64,000 nucleotides of DNA from NCBI GenBank assembly GCA_051294375.1, contig CM119266.1:62001-126000 (forward strand), written 5' to 3'. Below the pieces are notes generated by a model. It did not search any database. It saw only the letters and a program-made list of their open reading frames with translations, and was not told the origin of the DNA. A program made the position numbers and the translations under genes. Of the stretch, positions 25,893-39,209 are shown piece after piece. This stretch comes from Paraspadella gotoi. Taxonomy: Eukaryota > Animalia > Chaetognatha. Positions within the stretch are counted from its first letter, which is position 1. The number at the start of each line of letters is the position of its first letter.

Positions 25893-26319
25893 ACGATATA
25901 TATTATATAATAATATAAAAAATTTTTAAAAATATTTTTCTAGCATTTGGGACTCACAAGCAACACTGTGCGATGATTTTTGTTTTTAATAAATTTTTAT
26001 TGGACTTTTTTTAAATTTTGCATTATATTGAGAAAACGCTTTTGAATTAAGCCCGCGCTCTACCTGATTTGAATAGTAAAATCAATACAGTTTCTGTCAA
26101 TTGTGTTCAAAATTTAAAAAAATGAAGCAGTTTTCACCTAAAAAACCAGTTCATTTGATTGCTTTATCAAGCATTAAAGATTGCAAGAATTTAAACTTTT
26201 CTTTTTTTTATTGTGTAGAGAAGACAAAAGGCTATCCGAAACCGTACTGATATGTATGATTTGTTCTATTTTAAAAAAGATCTAGCAGGCTTTTTGGAAA
26301 ATGGAAAAAATGGCCTGAC

Positions 26320-26623
26320 CAGTCAATTTAAATATCATTTTTGGGCATGATAAAATGGAAATTTCGATCGCGCTCTACCTCCGTTGGCTTCCTAAGACGC
26401 CAAGCTTTCAGAATCTGCCCATATTGATATAATTTTTTTGGGCCGTGACTATGCAGTTTTGAATAGAAGTGAAATATAAAGGAATCTTGATCGGAGCTTC
26501 GATTCGAACGATGATCGCACACTTTTATAAAACTTCATCGTAATTCATAATAATTTTTATTTAAAAAAAACGGTAAGTCCCAGCCAAAACTATAAAAGCG
26601 TAGTAGTTTTTATACAAAAATGC

Positions 26624-26659
<36 letters not shown>

Positions 26660-26710
26660 TCACAAAAAAGCTGACCCGAATCAATATCGAGCCTGTAGGC
26701 TCAATAATTA
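26320..26710 (-). mobile_element. 5' end of a second HINE-like family (left boundary uncertain)
   Basis: Reverse complement TTATTGAGCC-tacag-GCTCGATATTGATT followed by (GTC)n. A matching 3' subTIR plus hairpin (GGCTCGATA-aagGGCGCccctctatGCGTC) occurs at 22847-22876 and 5944-5970. Confidence 0.5.
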
Positions 26711-27896
26711 TAAGACAAAAATACTAAGAGAGAGAGAGAGAGAGAGCGAAAGAGAGAAAGAAAGAAAGAGGAATGAAATTGAGACTCTCTCCTTCTTTTG
26801 GTCGGACGCAAACTGAGAAACGTGCGGGTTTCGGTCTCAAAACGGACGGGCCCATTGAAGAGAAGAGAGAAAAAAAAAGGCATTGGCTTTTTGCCGTCAG
26901 GATTTGCTGAGATTCATCGAGATTCGCTCTCTGGATTTGTTAAGATTTATATAGATTTATAATCAAGAATTGGGAATTTTTATCAAGATATGACCACTGG
27001 ACCTTGGAAGCAAGGTTCATCGAAATTTGCTGTCGGGATTTGTTGATATTCATTTAGATTTACTCTCTGGATTTGCTATGGTTCGTCAAGATTTGTTTCA
27101 ATGCAATCTAAATGATCGTTATTGATCTCTGGTTGGGGTTAGAATTGTCTTCTCATGCTCAGATTACATAATATTTTAACGGTCGGCTGGTCGTTAACAT
27201 TTTTCTTTTTTTTACTTTTTTATTCAGACGACGCTTTACTTTAGATTCTCGCTTTAGGTTCACGAGTCCCAAGGGATCACCAATCTCCAGTCACACTAGA
27301 GATCACTTGTGGGTCTCAGCTTAAGATTAGCGGTCGCGAAGAGATTTTCTTTCGCTTTGACGCGTCAGCCTTTTTTCGTGACTAGAGATTCCAATGTCGA
27401 ACGGACGACGCCGTCGGGAAAAACCGGCGGCGTCGACGGCCACGACGGCGTTACTTCTTTGCCCCTCGAATCTGTGGACTAAATCCTAAGTCGTTAATTC
27501 TTGAATTAATAATAAAATTGCGTGATAATATTTTAATTATAAAAGTATTACTCACATAATTAATACACAACATGATTCCGTTTCCGAAAAGTTCAAGCTA
27601 AGCATGCTAAGCATTCTAAGCATGCTATCGATCACGCTCCCAATTATTTCATCGCATGCGCCACCGAGCACCAAGAACCATACATCAAGCGAGCCTTCTC
27701 TCCCGGTACCAAGCGTGCCATCTATCGTCGGTTATTACGCCATTTAAACGCGAGCGTTACGATAGAAAGTCGACCGTTCAACCGTAAACCGCCGCTGTTT
27801 CTCGCGTCATTGACTGCGTCAAACCTTGCGCCAAGAACGCGCCATTTTATGACGCGGTTAATGAGACGCCGCGGAGAAAAAAGAGATTGATGCAGA

Positions 27897-27941
<45 letters not shown>

Positions 27942-27942
27942 T

Positions 27943-28001
<59 letters not shown>

Positions 28002-28024
28002 AGAGAGAGAAGAGAGAGGAGGAA

Positions 28025-28131
<107 letters not shown>

Positions 28132-29091
28132 TGAGAGAAGAGAGGGTATTCCCAGATCGACCTCTCTTCACGGGAAGCGAGGTTTTAATCTTTAATTCTT
28201 TGAAATGCTGACGAAATGTTTTTTATGTCGACTATACATTAATCTATACTAGTAAAAGAGATAAATTAAGACTTTTATTCACCGTTCAAATTATGTTCTT
28301 CCTGCCGAGCTGGGCACAGGTCCCACTACCATCTGTCCAAACACCCCCCTAACCTTTTACCCCACTTCCTACACCATCTGTCGTCATCCTGTTCCTCTGC
28401 CCGTCTGTAGACCCAAACTCATTTCCTGCTCTACTTTTTTACATTAAAAAGGAATAACAATTACATTGAAGGCGGAAGAGATTATGAACGAAGAAGGAAG
28501 AATCTGCTCGCCTTTATTTCGACCTTTCTTTTCTAAATTTTTTCTTTTTCTTTTTTTTTTCTTTTCTTTTCTTTTCTTTTCTTTNNNNNNNNNNNNNNNN
28601 NNNNNNNNNTCTTTCTTTTCTTTTCTTTTTCTTGTCTTCTTTTCTTTTCCTTTTCTTTTCTTATTCTTTTTCTTCTTTTCTTTTCTTTCTTTATTGCTTT
28701 GCTCAATTTTTTCGATCTCTCCTCTCGTTTTTTTCGCCCACTTTGCTCTTCGCCTCTTCTCATCCTTTTTTTTCTCTCCCTCTTTTCCTTCCCTTCCCTA
28801 CCCTCCCTTCCTACCCTGCCCTTCCCTTCCTTCCCTTTCCTATTCCTTCCCTTCCCTCCCATCCCTTCCCTCCCTGTCCCTTCCTTTTTCTTTCCTTCTT
28901 CTCCCCTTTTCTCTCCCACTTACGTTCTCCAGACTTCTATCTCCTAATGATCCTCTTCTCTTCCCTTTTCCCTCCACTATGCATTTTTATATTAAACGTT
29001 AAATTAGTTTCTATAATTGTTTCGTCACAATTTAGTATTTTTATAATCTTTTAAAGTTTTTATAAATCTATAAACTTCTATTTTTTTAACC

Positions 29092-30819
29092 TTTTTAGTC
29101 GATCTGCTTACCAGCAATACCCGATCTATAATTCACTTTGGTCATCCGCGGTCCGCCACCGTCAAATATTGTCGGGACACTAAACTATATCAATGTCAGA
29201 ACATCAGAATTTGATACAATTATAGCAAACAAAAATGATGTCCCGTCCGTACCGTCCGTCCGTCCGTCCGTCCCACCTTTACAAAAAAACACATTACTCG
29301 TGATTGATTGATGGATTGAAGAAATTTTTGCGTGTGATAGGTAAGTGTGTGATCTGAGACTCCGGATCACTGCAAGTTCGATGGAATCGTCGAGCTGGAA
29401 ATAGTTTCACAGGGGACCCAGTGATAAAAATGATTAATCTTAGCTTAAGGTCTATCATCAAAGGAATTGAATGGGTGATAGTCATTAATTTTTCCTTGCA
29501 CTAGGAAAGTGGCAAAAAAATTGCTATCTTGAATTAGCCGGAAACAAAAAATTTAATAATTATGAAAAAAACATTTAGTGACCCTACCTAAATATTTATA
29601 TTAATCCGTTATTTTATTTTTGCATTAGAAAGTATTTTTTACTAAATTCCAAATTTTTATTTTTTACGGTACAAAGCTACAATTTTAGGTTTAAGCCTCA
29701 TTGAACAAAGGCTTTACAAGACTAATATTTTTTTATTTTTATATTTACTTAAAAGCAGAAAATCAAACCTAAATTCTATTCTTACAGAAACAAAAACTAT
29801 AATAATTATTAATTAATATTCATATTCATCCTTTAAATCTATTATTAAACTATATTGATTCCTAATTATAACAATTAAAAATTTAGCAAAAGTACAAAAT
29901 CTTCTCTTCTTTATTATTTTATATTACTTCAAAGAGTTTTATTTTCATTCAATTAACAAATCATTTAAAAGAAAGTTTAAATAAAATCAGTCGTACCTTA
30001 AATTTTGATTCATTCCTAGTTTTTTTTCTTATAAATTTTTGTGATAAAAGCTGAAAACCTTTTAAAATTAGATCTTACCCTTTTTTAGAAAAAAAAATTT
30101 TAAACTTGAAAAAGATTTTCTTCTTACCGATTTTTTAAAGAAAATTAAGCTCGCTGATTTTATCGAATTTTTTAACTACTTTCCCATGATATAGAAGAAA
30201 AAATATTTGGTCAGAACCAGCTTAAGTTAAAGGGTCAAACGTATGTTTTTTCAGCTTTTTACCCCCCCTGTTCTTTGGTCCCTTAAATGGAAAAAACAAA
30301 AAAAATATATTCACTATTTGAACACCAATTGCTCATGAGTGGATGGGCTGATGACCTGGAATTTTGTATGTGGGTAGGAAGATTGTGTGATTAAACAGGA
30401 AATCAAGTTTCGATGGAATAGTTTGAGTGAAATGAGTTTAAACGGAAAAAAACAAAAAACCTGTTTACTAATGATTATGCTTCTTTTCTTTAATATAAAT
30501 GTATATGCCAGGATGTATTAATAAATCAAATAATTAATTAATAATTAGTGGAAATGAGTTTTAAAACTTTAATGAAAAAAATATGAGTCACATTTACTTG
30601 AATCTTTTTATTTATTTTAACCCATGATAGATTGAGATGAAATTTTGTGAGCCAGTAGGAAAGTGAGTGAAGAAGCTAGATATAAAGTTTTGACGGAATG
30701 CAAGCTTGAAAAAATTATGCAAATTGAAAAAATGATGCAAGATAAAAAAATCTTAAATAATAAGGATCGTCGGAATTGCATAAAAAGAGAGAGAGAGAGA
30801 GAGAAAAAAGAGAGAGGAG

Positions 30820-30875
<56 letters not shown>

Positions 30876-31168
30876 GAGAGAGAGAGAAAGAGTGAGAGAG
30901 AGAAGAAACGAGTGAGAGAGAGAGAGAGAAAAGGAGACATAAAATAAAATAGAGGATATTTGTTTGTTTGATAAAATGTAAACAAAACATTTAATAACTG
31001 TCCGACTCAATTTTAAGGACATCAATGATGACCAGCTCAATATAAATTATAATTAATTATTAAAATTAATTAATTACTTAATTAATCTATTAATATTAAT
31101 TAATTATTTAATCAATTAATTAATAATTAATTATCGTAGCAGATCCGACATTGTTTGCTCAAACTGTT
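29092..31168 (+). mobile_element. HINE copy with nested Kolobok-like MITE (about 29412-30282)
   Basis: Same termini and (GTCC)n as 14765-15519. Confidence 0.8.
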
Positions 31169-32641
31169 TGTAATCAATTGTCTCTCCCGGATTTCTTTCG
31201 GACCTTTTCGTACTCTCCACTGACCTCATTATCCTCTCGGTCGTTTTCTTCACCTCTCTGCCTCCTTGCTTCCTCCTCTCTTTCTCCTATCTTCTCCTCT
31301 CTTCCTCCTCTCTTCTCCTCTCTTTCTTCTCTCTTTCTTCTCTCTTCCTCCTCTCTTTGCCCTCTCCACGCCATCTTAATTTCCTCTCCAAAGTTCTCTC
31401 GCCCTCCAGGTCTTTCCGACCTTTTTCCTCTTCATTTCTAAACAGTTCACGTTTGTCTGGATCATTTCGCAACTTTCCTCTCTCTCTCTCTATCTCATCT
31501 CTCTCTCTCTCTCTCTCTCTCTCATCTTCTCCCTACCTTCTAAACAACAAAACAATTAAATAACTAAGATCTCACATTAACTCACCAACACAACATCAGC
31601 TAAAGCGATAATCTCCAAATTTCACCGCAGGCTCCGACTCTTCCCCGCGAATTAAAACCCCATCTCCGCCTCCAATCAGTTTTTCTCTTTTCCTTTCGCA
31701 CAGTCCAAATCTCTGCCCAACATCCCCGCCTTAACCTACAGAATTTTCTCCCCTCCCTCCGGCGACGACACCTCAAGCCTTTCCTTCCGAATGGAAAGTC
31801 TCTTTTCCTTCTCCTTCTCTTTTATCTTCTTCTTTTTCCTCTGTAGAGATATTTCCCCCTTTCCCCCATTTTATTGTTTGCCTTTTGTTATTTACCGTCT
31901 TTTTTCCTCTCTTTAGGAGATACACTCCTCCTTTTCTTTTCTTACCAGAGATATTACCCATATGAGACTTAGGACAAGTCACAACACTACAAGAAAACAA
32001 ACTTTTACGAGGTACGAGGACCCTCATGTCCCCATCCGTTTCTCTTGATACCGTTCACAGACAGTGATTGCACGGCCATAGAGCCCACGATGAGACCACA
32101 CTCCAAGAGACTTGTGGACGCGACTTGTGGTCAGACTTTAGGCTCCGTCACATACTCGTGGAACGGATCGTGGCCCACTACATTCGGGCCCATCACGTGA
32201 GTGACGATGCCTCGCCGATTACTCCCTCATCACGGCGAGCCGACGTTTCGGCGCCCCAACGGCGCTGACGCCACGCCCACTTCCGGAGACTGTCAGCCAG
32301 GGACGTGTGAGGACGGCGGTCCTCCGTAACAGCACGACGGCGGCGAAGCGAGGCGGCTAACGAGCACACGGCAAGTGTTCGTACACTTCTTTCCTTCTCT
32401 TTATCTTCTCTTTCCCCCTTCTTCCCTTCCCTTCCCTTCCCTTCCCTTTTCTTTCCTTCTTTCCCTTTTTCCTCTCCCCTCTACGTCTCTCTTTCTAATG
32501 TTCTTCTTCTCTCTCCCTTTTCCTCCACTTGCATTTTTATATTTACGTTAAAATTAGTTTTCTATAATTTGTTTTCGTCAATTTAGTATTTTTATAATCT
32601 TTTTAAAGTTTTTATAATTTATAAATTCTATTTTTTTAACC

Positions 32642-34365
32642 TTTTTAGTCGGATCTGCTTACCAGCAATACCCGATACTATAATTCACTTTGGTCATTCC
32701 GCTGGTACCGCCACCGTCAAATATTGTCGGGCACTAACTATATCAATGTCAGAATACATGAATTATGATAAATTATGCAAAAAAAAATGAATGTCCCCGT
32801 CCGTCCGTCCGTCCGTCCGTCCGTCCCACCTTAGCAAAAAAAAATCAATTACTCGTGATTGGATTGATGGATTGAAGAAATTTTGCGTGTGGATAGGTAA
32901 GTGTGTGATTGAGCTGGATATGAAGTTTCGATGGAATCGTCCGATGGAAATGAGTTTAAGGGGACCCAGCTGATAAAAATGATTAATCTTAAGCTTAAGG
33001 GTCTATCATCAAAGGAATTTGAATGGTGATAGTCATTAATTTTTCCTTCCACAGGAAAGTGGCAAAAAAATTGCTATCTCTATGAATTAGCGGAAACAAA
33101 AATATTAATAATTATGAAAAAAACATTTAGTTGACCCTACCTAAATATTTATATTAATCCGTTATTTTATTTTTGCATTAGAAAGTATTTTTTACTAAAT
33201 TCCAAATTTTATTTTTTACGGTACAAAGCTACAATTTAGGTTTAGCCTCATTGAACAAGAGGCTAAATCTACAATGACAATATTATATATACTTAAAAGC
33301 AGAAAATCAAACCTAAATTCTATTCTTACAGAAACAAAACTATAATAATTATTAATTAATATCATATTCATCCTTTAAATCTATTATTAAACTATATTGA
33401 TCCTAATTATAACAATTAAAAATTTAGCAAAAGTACAACTCTCTCTTCTTTTATATTATATATTACTTCAAAGAGTTATTTTCATTCAATTAACAGAATC
33501 ATTTAAAAAGAAAGTTAAATAAAATCAGTCGATCCTTAAATTTTGATTCATTCCTAGTTTTTTTCTTAAATAAATTTTTGTGATAAAAGCTGAAAACCTT
33601 TTAAAAATTAGATTCTTACCCTTTTTTAGAAAAAAAAATTTTAAACTTGAAAAAGATTTTCTTCTTACCGATTTTTTAAAGAAAATTAAGCTCGCTGATT
33701 TTATCGAATTTTTTAACTACTTTCCCAAATGATAATAGAAGAAAAAATATATTGGTCAGAACCAGCTTAAGTTAAAGGGTCAAACGTTATGTTTTCAGCT
33801 TTTTACCCCCCCTGTTCACTTGGTCCCCTTAAATGGAAAAAACAAAAAAAATATATTCACATATTGAACACCAATTGCTCAGGAGTGGATGGGCTGATTG
33901 ACCTGGAATTTTGTATGTGGGTAGGAAAGTGTGTGATTAAACAGGAAAATCAAGTTTCGATGGAATAGTTTGAGTGGAAATGAGTTTAAACGGAAAAAAA
34001 CAAAAAACCTGTTTAACTAATTGATTATGCTTCTTTTTCTTTTTATATTAAATGTATATGCCAGGATATAATAATAAATCAAATAATTAATTAATTAATT
34101 AGTGGAAATGAGTTTAAAACTTTAAATGAAAAAAATATGAGTCACATTTACTTGAATCTTTTTATTTATTTTAACCCATGATAGATTGAGATGAAATTTT
34201 GTGAGCCAGTAGGAAAGTGAGTGAAGAAGCTAGATATAAAGTTTTGACGGAATGCAAGTTGAAAAAATTATGCAAATTGAAAAAATGATGCAAGTTAAAA
34301 AAATCTTAAATAATAAGGATCGTCGGAATTGCATAAAAAGAGAGAGAGAGAGAGAGAAAAAGAGA

Positions 34366-34446
<81 letters not shown>

Positions 34447-34741
34447 TGAGAGAGAGAGAAAGAGTGAGAGAGAGAGAAAGAGTGAGAGAGAGAGAGAGAA
34501 AAGGAGACATAAAATAAAATAGAGGATATTTGTTTGTTTTGATAAAATGTAAACAAAACATTTAATAACTGTCCTGACTCAATTTTAAGGACATCAATGA
34601 TGACCAGCTCAATATAAATTATAATTAATTATTAAAATTAATTAATTACTTAATTAATCTATTAATTAATTAATTATTTAATCAATTAATTAATTAATTA
34701 ATTATCGTAGGCAGATCCGACATTGTTTGCTCAAACTTGTT
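32642..34741 (+). mobile_element. HINE copy
   Basis: TTTTTAGTCGGATCTGC...(GTCC)n...GGCAGATCCGACATTGTTTGCTCAAACTTGTT. Confidence 0.85.
32960..33828. mobile_element. TTAA-specific MITE (Kolobok-like) nested in the HINE
   Basis: TTAA|GGGGACCCAG ... CTTGGTCCCC|TTAA. The empty site gagtTTAAatggaaaaaac is seen in the HINE near 15070. Confidence 0.75.
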
Positions 34742-35045
34742 GTAATCTAATTGTCTCTCCGGATTTCTTTCGGACCTTTTCGTACTCTCCACTGACCTCA
34801 TTACCCTCTCGTCGTTTTCTTCACCCTCTCTGCCTCCTTGCTTCCTCCTCTCTTTCTCCTATCTTTCTCCTCTCTTCCTCCTCTCTTCCTCCTCTCTTTC
34901 TTCTCTCTTTCTTCTCTCTTCCTCCTCTCTTTGCCCTCTCCAGCGCCATCTTAATTCCTCTCCAAAGTTCTCTCGCCCTCCAGGTTCTTTCCGACCTTTT
35001 TCCTCTTCATTTCTAAACAGTTCACGTTTGTTCTGATCATCGCAA

Positions 35046-35120
<75 letters not shown>

Positions 35121-35970
35121 CCTAAAACAACAAAAACAATTAAATAACTAAAGATCTCACCATTAACTCACCAACACAACATCAGCTAAAGCGATAATCT
35201 CCAAATTCACCGCAGGCTCCGTCTTCTCCCCAGCGAATTAAAACCCCAATCTCGCCTCCAATCAGTTCTTTCTCTTTTCCTTCGCACATCCCAAATCTCT
35301 CCAACATCCCCGCCTTAACCTACAGAATTTTCTCCCCTCCCTCCGGCGACGCACCTCAAGCCTTTCCTTCCGAATCGGAAGTCTTCTTTTCCTTCTCCTT
35401 CTCTTTTATCTTCTTCTTTTCCTTCTGTAGAGATATTTCCCCCTTTCCCCCCATTTATTTTGTTTGCCTTTTGTTATTTACCGTCTTTTTTCCTCTTCTT
35501 TAGGAGATTACACTCCTCCTTTCTTTTCTTACCAGATATACTAGGCCCCATGTAGATTCTTAGGACGTCATCAAACTACCTTTTACGAGGTACGAGGACG
35601 CCCTCATGTCACCATCCGTTTCCTTTGATACCGTTCACAGACAGTGATGCCACGGCCATAGAGCCCACGATGAGACCACACTCCAAGAGACTTGTGGACG
35701 CACTTGTGGTCAGACTTTAGGCTCCGTCACATACTCGTGGACGGACTCGTGGCCCACTACATTCGGCCACACGTGAGTGACGATAGCCTCGCCGATTACT
35801 CCCTCATCACGGCGAGCCGACGTTTTCGGCGCACGCGCAACGGCGCTGGACGCGGCCACGCCCACTTCCGGAGACGTCAGCCAGGGACGTGGAGGACGGC
35901 GGTCCTCCGTAACAGCACGACGGCGGCGAAGCGGAGGCGGCTACACGAGCACACGGCAAGTGTTCGTACA

Positions 35971-36420
35971 CCTTCTCCTTCTCTTTTATCTTCTTCTTTT
36001 CCTTCTCCTTCTCTTTTATCTTATTCTTTTCCTTCTCCTTCTCTTTTATCTTCTTCTTTTCCTTCTCCTTCTCTTTTATCTTCTTCTTTTCCTTCTCCTT
36101 CTCTTTTATCTTCTTCTTTTCCTTCTCCTTCTCTTTTATCTTCTTCTTTTCCTTCTCATTTTCTTTTATCTTCTTCTTTTCCTTCTCCTTCTCTTTTATC
36201 TTATTCTTTTCCTTTTCTTTCTCTTTTATCTTATTCTTTTCCTTCTTCTTCTCTTTTATCTTCTTTTTTTCCTTCTCCTTCTCTTTTATCTTATTCTTTT
36301 CCTTCTCCTTCTCTTTTATCTTTTTATTTTCCTTCTCCTTCTCTTTTATCTTCTTCTTTTCCTTCTCCTTCTCTTTTATCTTATTCTTTTCCTTCTCCTT
36401 CTATTTTATCTCTGCTTTTT
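35971..36420. repeat. 30-bp polypyrimidine tandem repeat, about 15 copies
   Basis: Unit ccttctccttctcttttatcttcttctttt. Confidence 0.95.
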
Positions 36421-36540
36421 CTTCTTCTTCTTCCTCCTACGCTTCCCTCTTCGCCTTTACTTTTTTTCTCTCCTTCTTTCCCTCCTACGTTTTCTCTTCT
36501 TCTCGCTATTCTGTCTCCAAAACTTACTTCCTGACCTTCA

Positions 36541-36750
36541 TTTTTACTCGCGGAGCAACTCTATAAGTCACTTCTCTGTCCGTCCCACTTACTTAAAAAT
36601 GCTCATAACTTGCTCAATGCTTATTGGTTAAGACAGGAAAAGGCCTCAAATCTAAGGGACTGCAAGCGCCGCCTTCAGGAAATAAAAGATAAAAGACAAA
36701 AGACAAAATTCCGATGCAGTGCGTGTCATAAATACACGGACTAAGAAAGT
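36541..36750 (+). mobile_element. Possible small degenerate HINE of a third family
   Basis: TTTTTACTCGCGGAGCAACTCTATAAGTCACTT...GTCCGTCC resembles the HINE 5' architecture (ACTCTATAA block plus GTCC repeat). Confidence 0.35.
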
Positions 36751-38331
36751 TATGGTAGTCAACTAGTCATGTAGTCATGCCATGTCATGAAGTGGAGATC
36801 CTGATTATTATTATTAGTAAGAAAGTAAATAAAATCGCCGGCCGAATTCTTTAAAAATTCCAATGCCCGCTAAGAAATATTTTGCTCCCTCTGTTCAAAC
36901 GCCGGTCGCAAAACGTTACCTTATTTGGAAGTATTTTTAGAATTGTTTACTTTACAAATGTAAACCAAATTTTCTCTCTCTCGCCGTATAAAAATGAATG
37001 CCACTTTGTACAATTAGCCAATTCGATTCCATTCGCTTTTCTGATTTCAATAAATCGATTCATCTCATTTTGTTCGCCATTTTTATCTCGACCACCTCCA
37101 CTATGTCGTCATGTCATGTTATGCCAAGTCACAAGAAACTCACGTTATAAGGCAGTCACTGCGGCGCAACACATTTGTATTACCGTTCTTGTTATTTTTC
37201 AAGTCTCATTCTTCCTTTCTCTCCCTCTTTCCTCCCTTTCTTCATTTGCTTCTTCCTCGTTCTATCCCTTCATATCATAGATTTTTCTTTGCTTCCTCCT
37301 TCTCTCTTCTCTTTTTTTTCCTTTTCTTTCTCAAATTCCTCCCTTTCTTTCTCCCTCATCTTCGTCTCTGCCATCTTCTTTTCCCTCCTTCTCTCGTTCC
37401 CTTTCTACAACTAGCTCACCTCAGCTCTCTTTTCTTCCCACATTCTCTCCTTTCCTTCATTCCTCTCCTTTTTCTCCTTTCTTCTCCAATTTCTTCCTCC
37501 TTCTCTTCCTCCCACGCTTCCTTCTTCTTTTCTCTGATTATTCCTCCTCCCTCCCTTCCTCTTCCTCCCCCTTCCTCTTCCTCTTCCTCGCTTTGATTAT
37601 TCTCCCGCCCACGAGATGGACTTTTCTCTCCTCGCTGAAGGAGGAGTCGGTTGGCCACGAGGGGTTTGGGTGTCGTGTCTGCAATAGGGAGGAGTGATGA
37701 AAACATTGAGTGATTGTACATCATTTTTTTGCTGCATATGGGCATGTAATTAATAAATTTTAAATCCTTATAATTTTTTTTTAGCATAACAGTATACATG
37801 GTGACAATTTTACAAGCGCCGGTAAAAAAACGCTGTCATTTGCAAACCAGTGGTTATTTCATTGATTTTAAAAATTAGTTGAGTAGAACATATTAAAGTC
37901 ATTTATGTGTTCAAATTTTATATTGATCAGTTAAGATATGCCTTGGCAATGAGTGAAGAAAGTTGGCTTGTAAAATCGGGTTTTATTTTCCAACTTACTG
38001 TTTTTAAATTTTTTTTTCAACTTTTAACACTTTTTTAAACAAAGTATTAATTAAGATATTAACAATATTAAATAATCCCAGAAAGCCCTTAAAAAAATGA
38101 AGAGAATGATTGTACTTACGAAAGAGCTTTAACATAAAATTAAGCTGCCCAGCCTTGGTTCAATTAAGAGAGTCAAAAGTGAATTATCTAAAATTTTAAA
38201 ATCTTTTTTAAAATATATTGACCTGTTTAAATTATTATATCATAAAATATTATTATTTATATAAGTATCATGAAAGAGCCGAAAAAAATAGATTAAGATA
38301 GCCATCACAATTTGATAAAAATCTTGATGCG

Positions 38332-39209
38332 ATAATCCTTTTCTTTTTTCGTTGTTTATTGGTATTAGAGAAAAGCAAAGAATTTTGAAATTTTAACAAC
38401 GATTTTTAATTAATAGTTGGACATGTTTCGGCTTGTTTTACTCCAAGCCTTCATAGCAGATAAGAGGGCAGCCGGCAGGCGTATCAGGCCAAAGAGACAT
38501 AAGAGAGGCCCTGGGATCTTTCCGCAAGGATCGCTTCCCAATGCGCATTCACCAGTTCGGTCGTACTCCCTCTCAGCCACTGACACGCCAATGACCCCGT
38601 CTTCATCGTCCTTGTCCTTCATTTGCACAAAAAAAGGGGGGCCAGCTCATTTTGAGCTCTTTCTTTCCCTTGATTTCACTTTCTTAGTCTCCTAATTATC
38701 ACATAAACTATAAAACTACTTTCTTTCATATTTCAATTTCACTTAACTATCCCTTAGCTAATTACTTATTTATTCACTAGTTAATGTTAAATTTCACCAA
38801 TGTTAGTTTTTCAAACTTCTTTATCTTTGTTGTACATTGCAAAAAATGTATCTTTATTATTTATTTATCCCTGTTGTTTTGTTTTCTCTCTCTCTCACCT
38901 CTCTCTCTCTCTCTCTCTTTAACAACAAGTTTCACTTCTTTTTTCACAACTCACTCAATCTGCCCTCACCTTCAACCTGTCCTCACATCTGACCACCTAT
39001 TCTGTCTCACCACTTTGTTGGAAAAAACTTTTATCCCTCTCTCTCTCTCTTCTCCTCCTCTCTCTCTCTCTCTCTCTCACTCCTTCTTTTACACAAAATT
39101 TATTATTGAATGTCATATGCTGATGAAAGGCTTGAAGTAAACAAGCCGAAACATGTCCAACTATTAATTAAAAATCGTTGTTAAAATTTCAAAATTCTTT
39201 GCTTTCTCT
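38332..39209 (+). mobile_element. PLE 3' end with inverted hammerhead-bearing arm
   Basis: Arms 38367-38458 and 39118-39209. Peptide AGVSGQRDIREALG(fs)IFPQGSLP at 38475-38539, 24-mer at 38974-38997, and tail on the left arm at 38332-38366. Confidence 0.8.
39118..39160 (+). ncRNA. Minimal hammerhead ribozyme (inverted partner at 38420-38456, minus)
   Basis: CTGATGA-AA-GGCTTG(aagtaaa)CAAGCC-GAAA-CATGTC. Stem I is weak. Confidence 0.75.

Larger units (their letters stand above)
24644..25970. mobile_element. Transib-like non-autonomous element
   Basis: Termini CACAGTG...CACTGTG, each followed after 22 nt by AGAAAAAT. Flanks CGGCG/CGATG fit a decayed 5-bp CGNCG TSD. Confidence 0.65.
28890..35995 (+). 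repeat. Tandem duplication with a unit of about 3.55 kb (28890-32420 and 32445-35995)
   Basis: HINE start 29092 vs 32642, HINE end 31168 vs 34741, GC-rich block 32000-32390 vs 35580-35970. Confidence 0.9.

Noticed and set aside
35777-36631. 284-aa Leu/Phe-rich membrane protein and 280-aa Ser/Pro-rich ORF
   Set aside because: Most of the length comes from the 30-bp pyrimidine repeat, which is absent from the duplicate unit.
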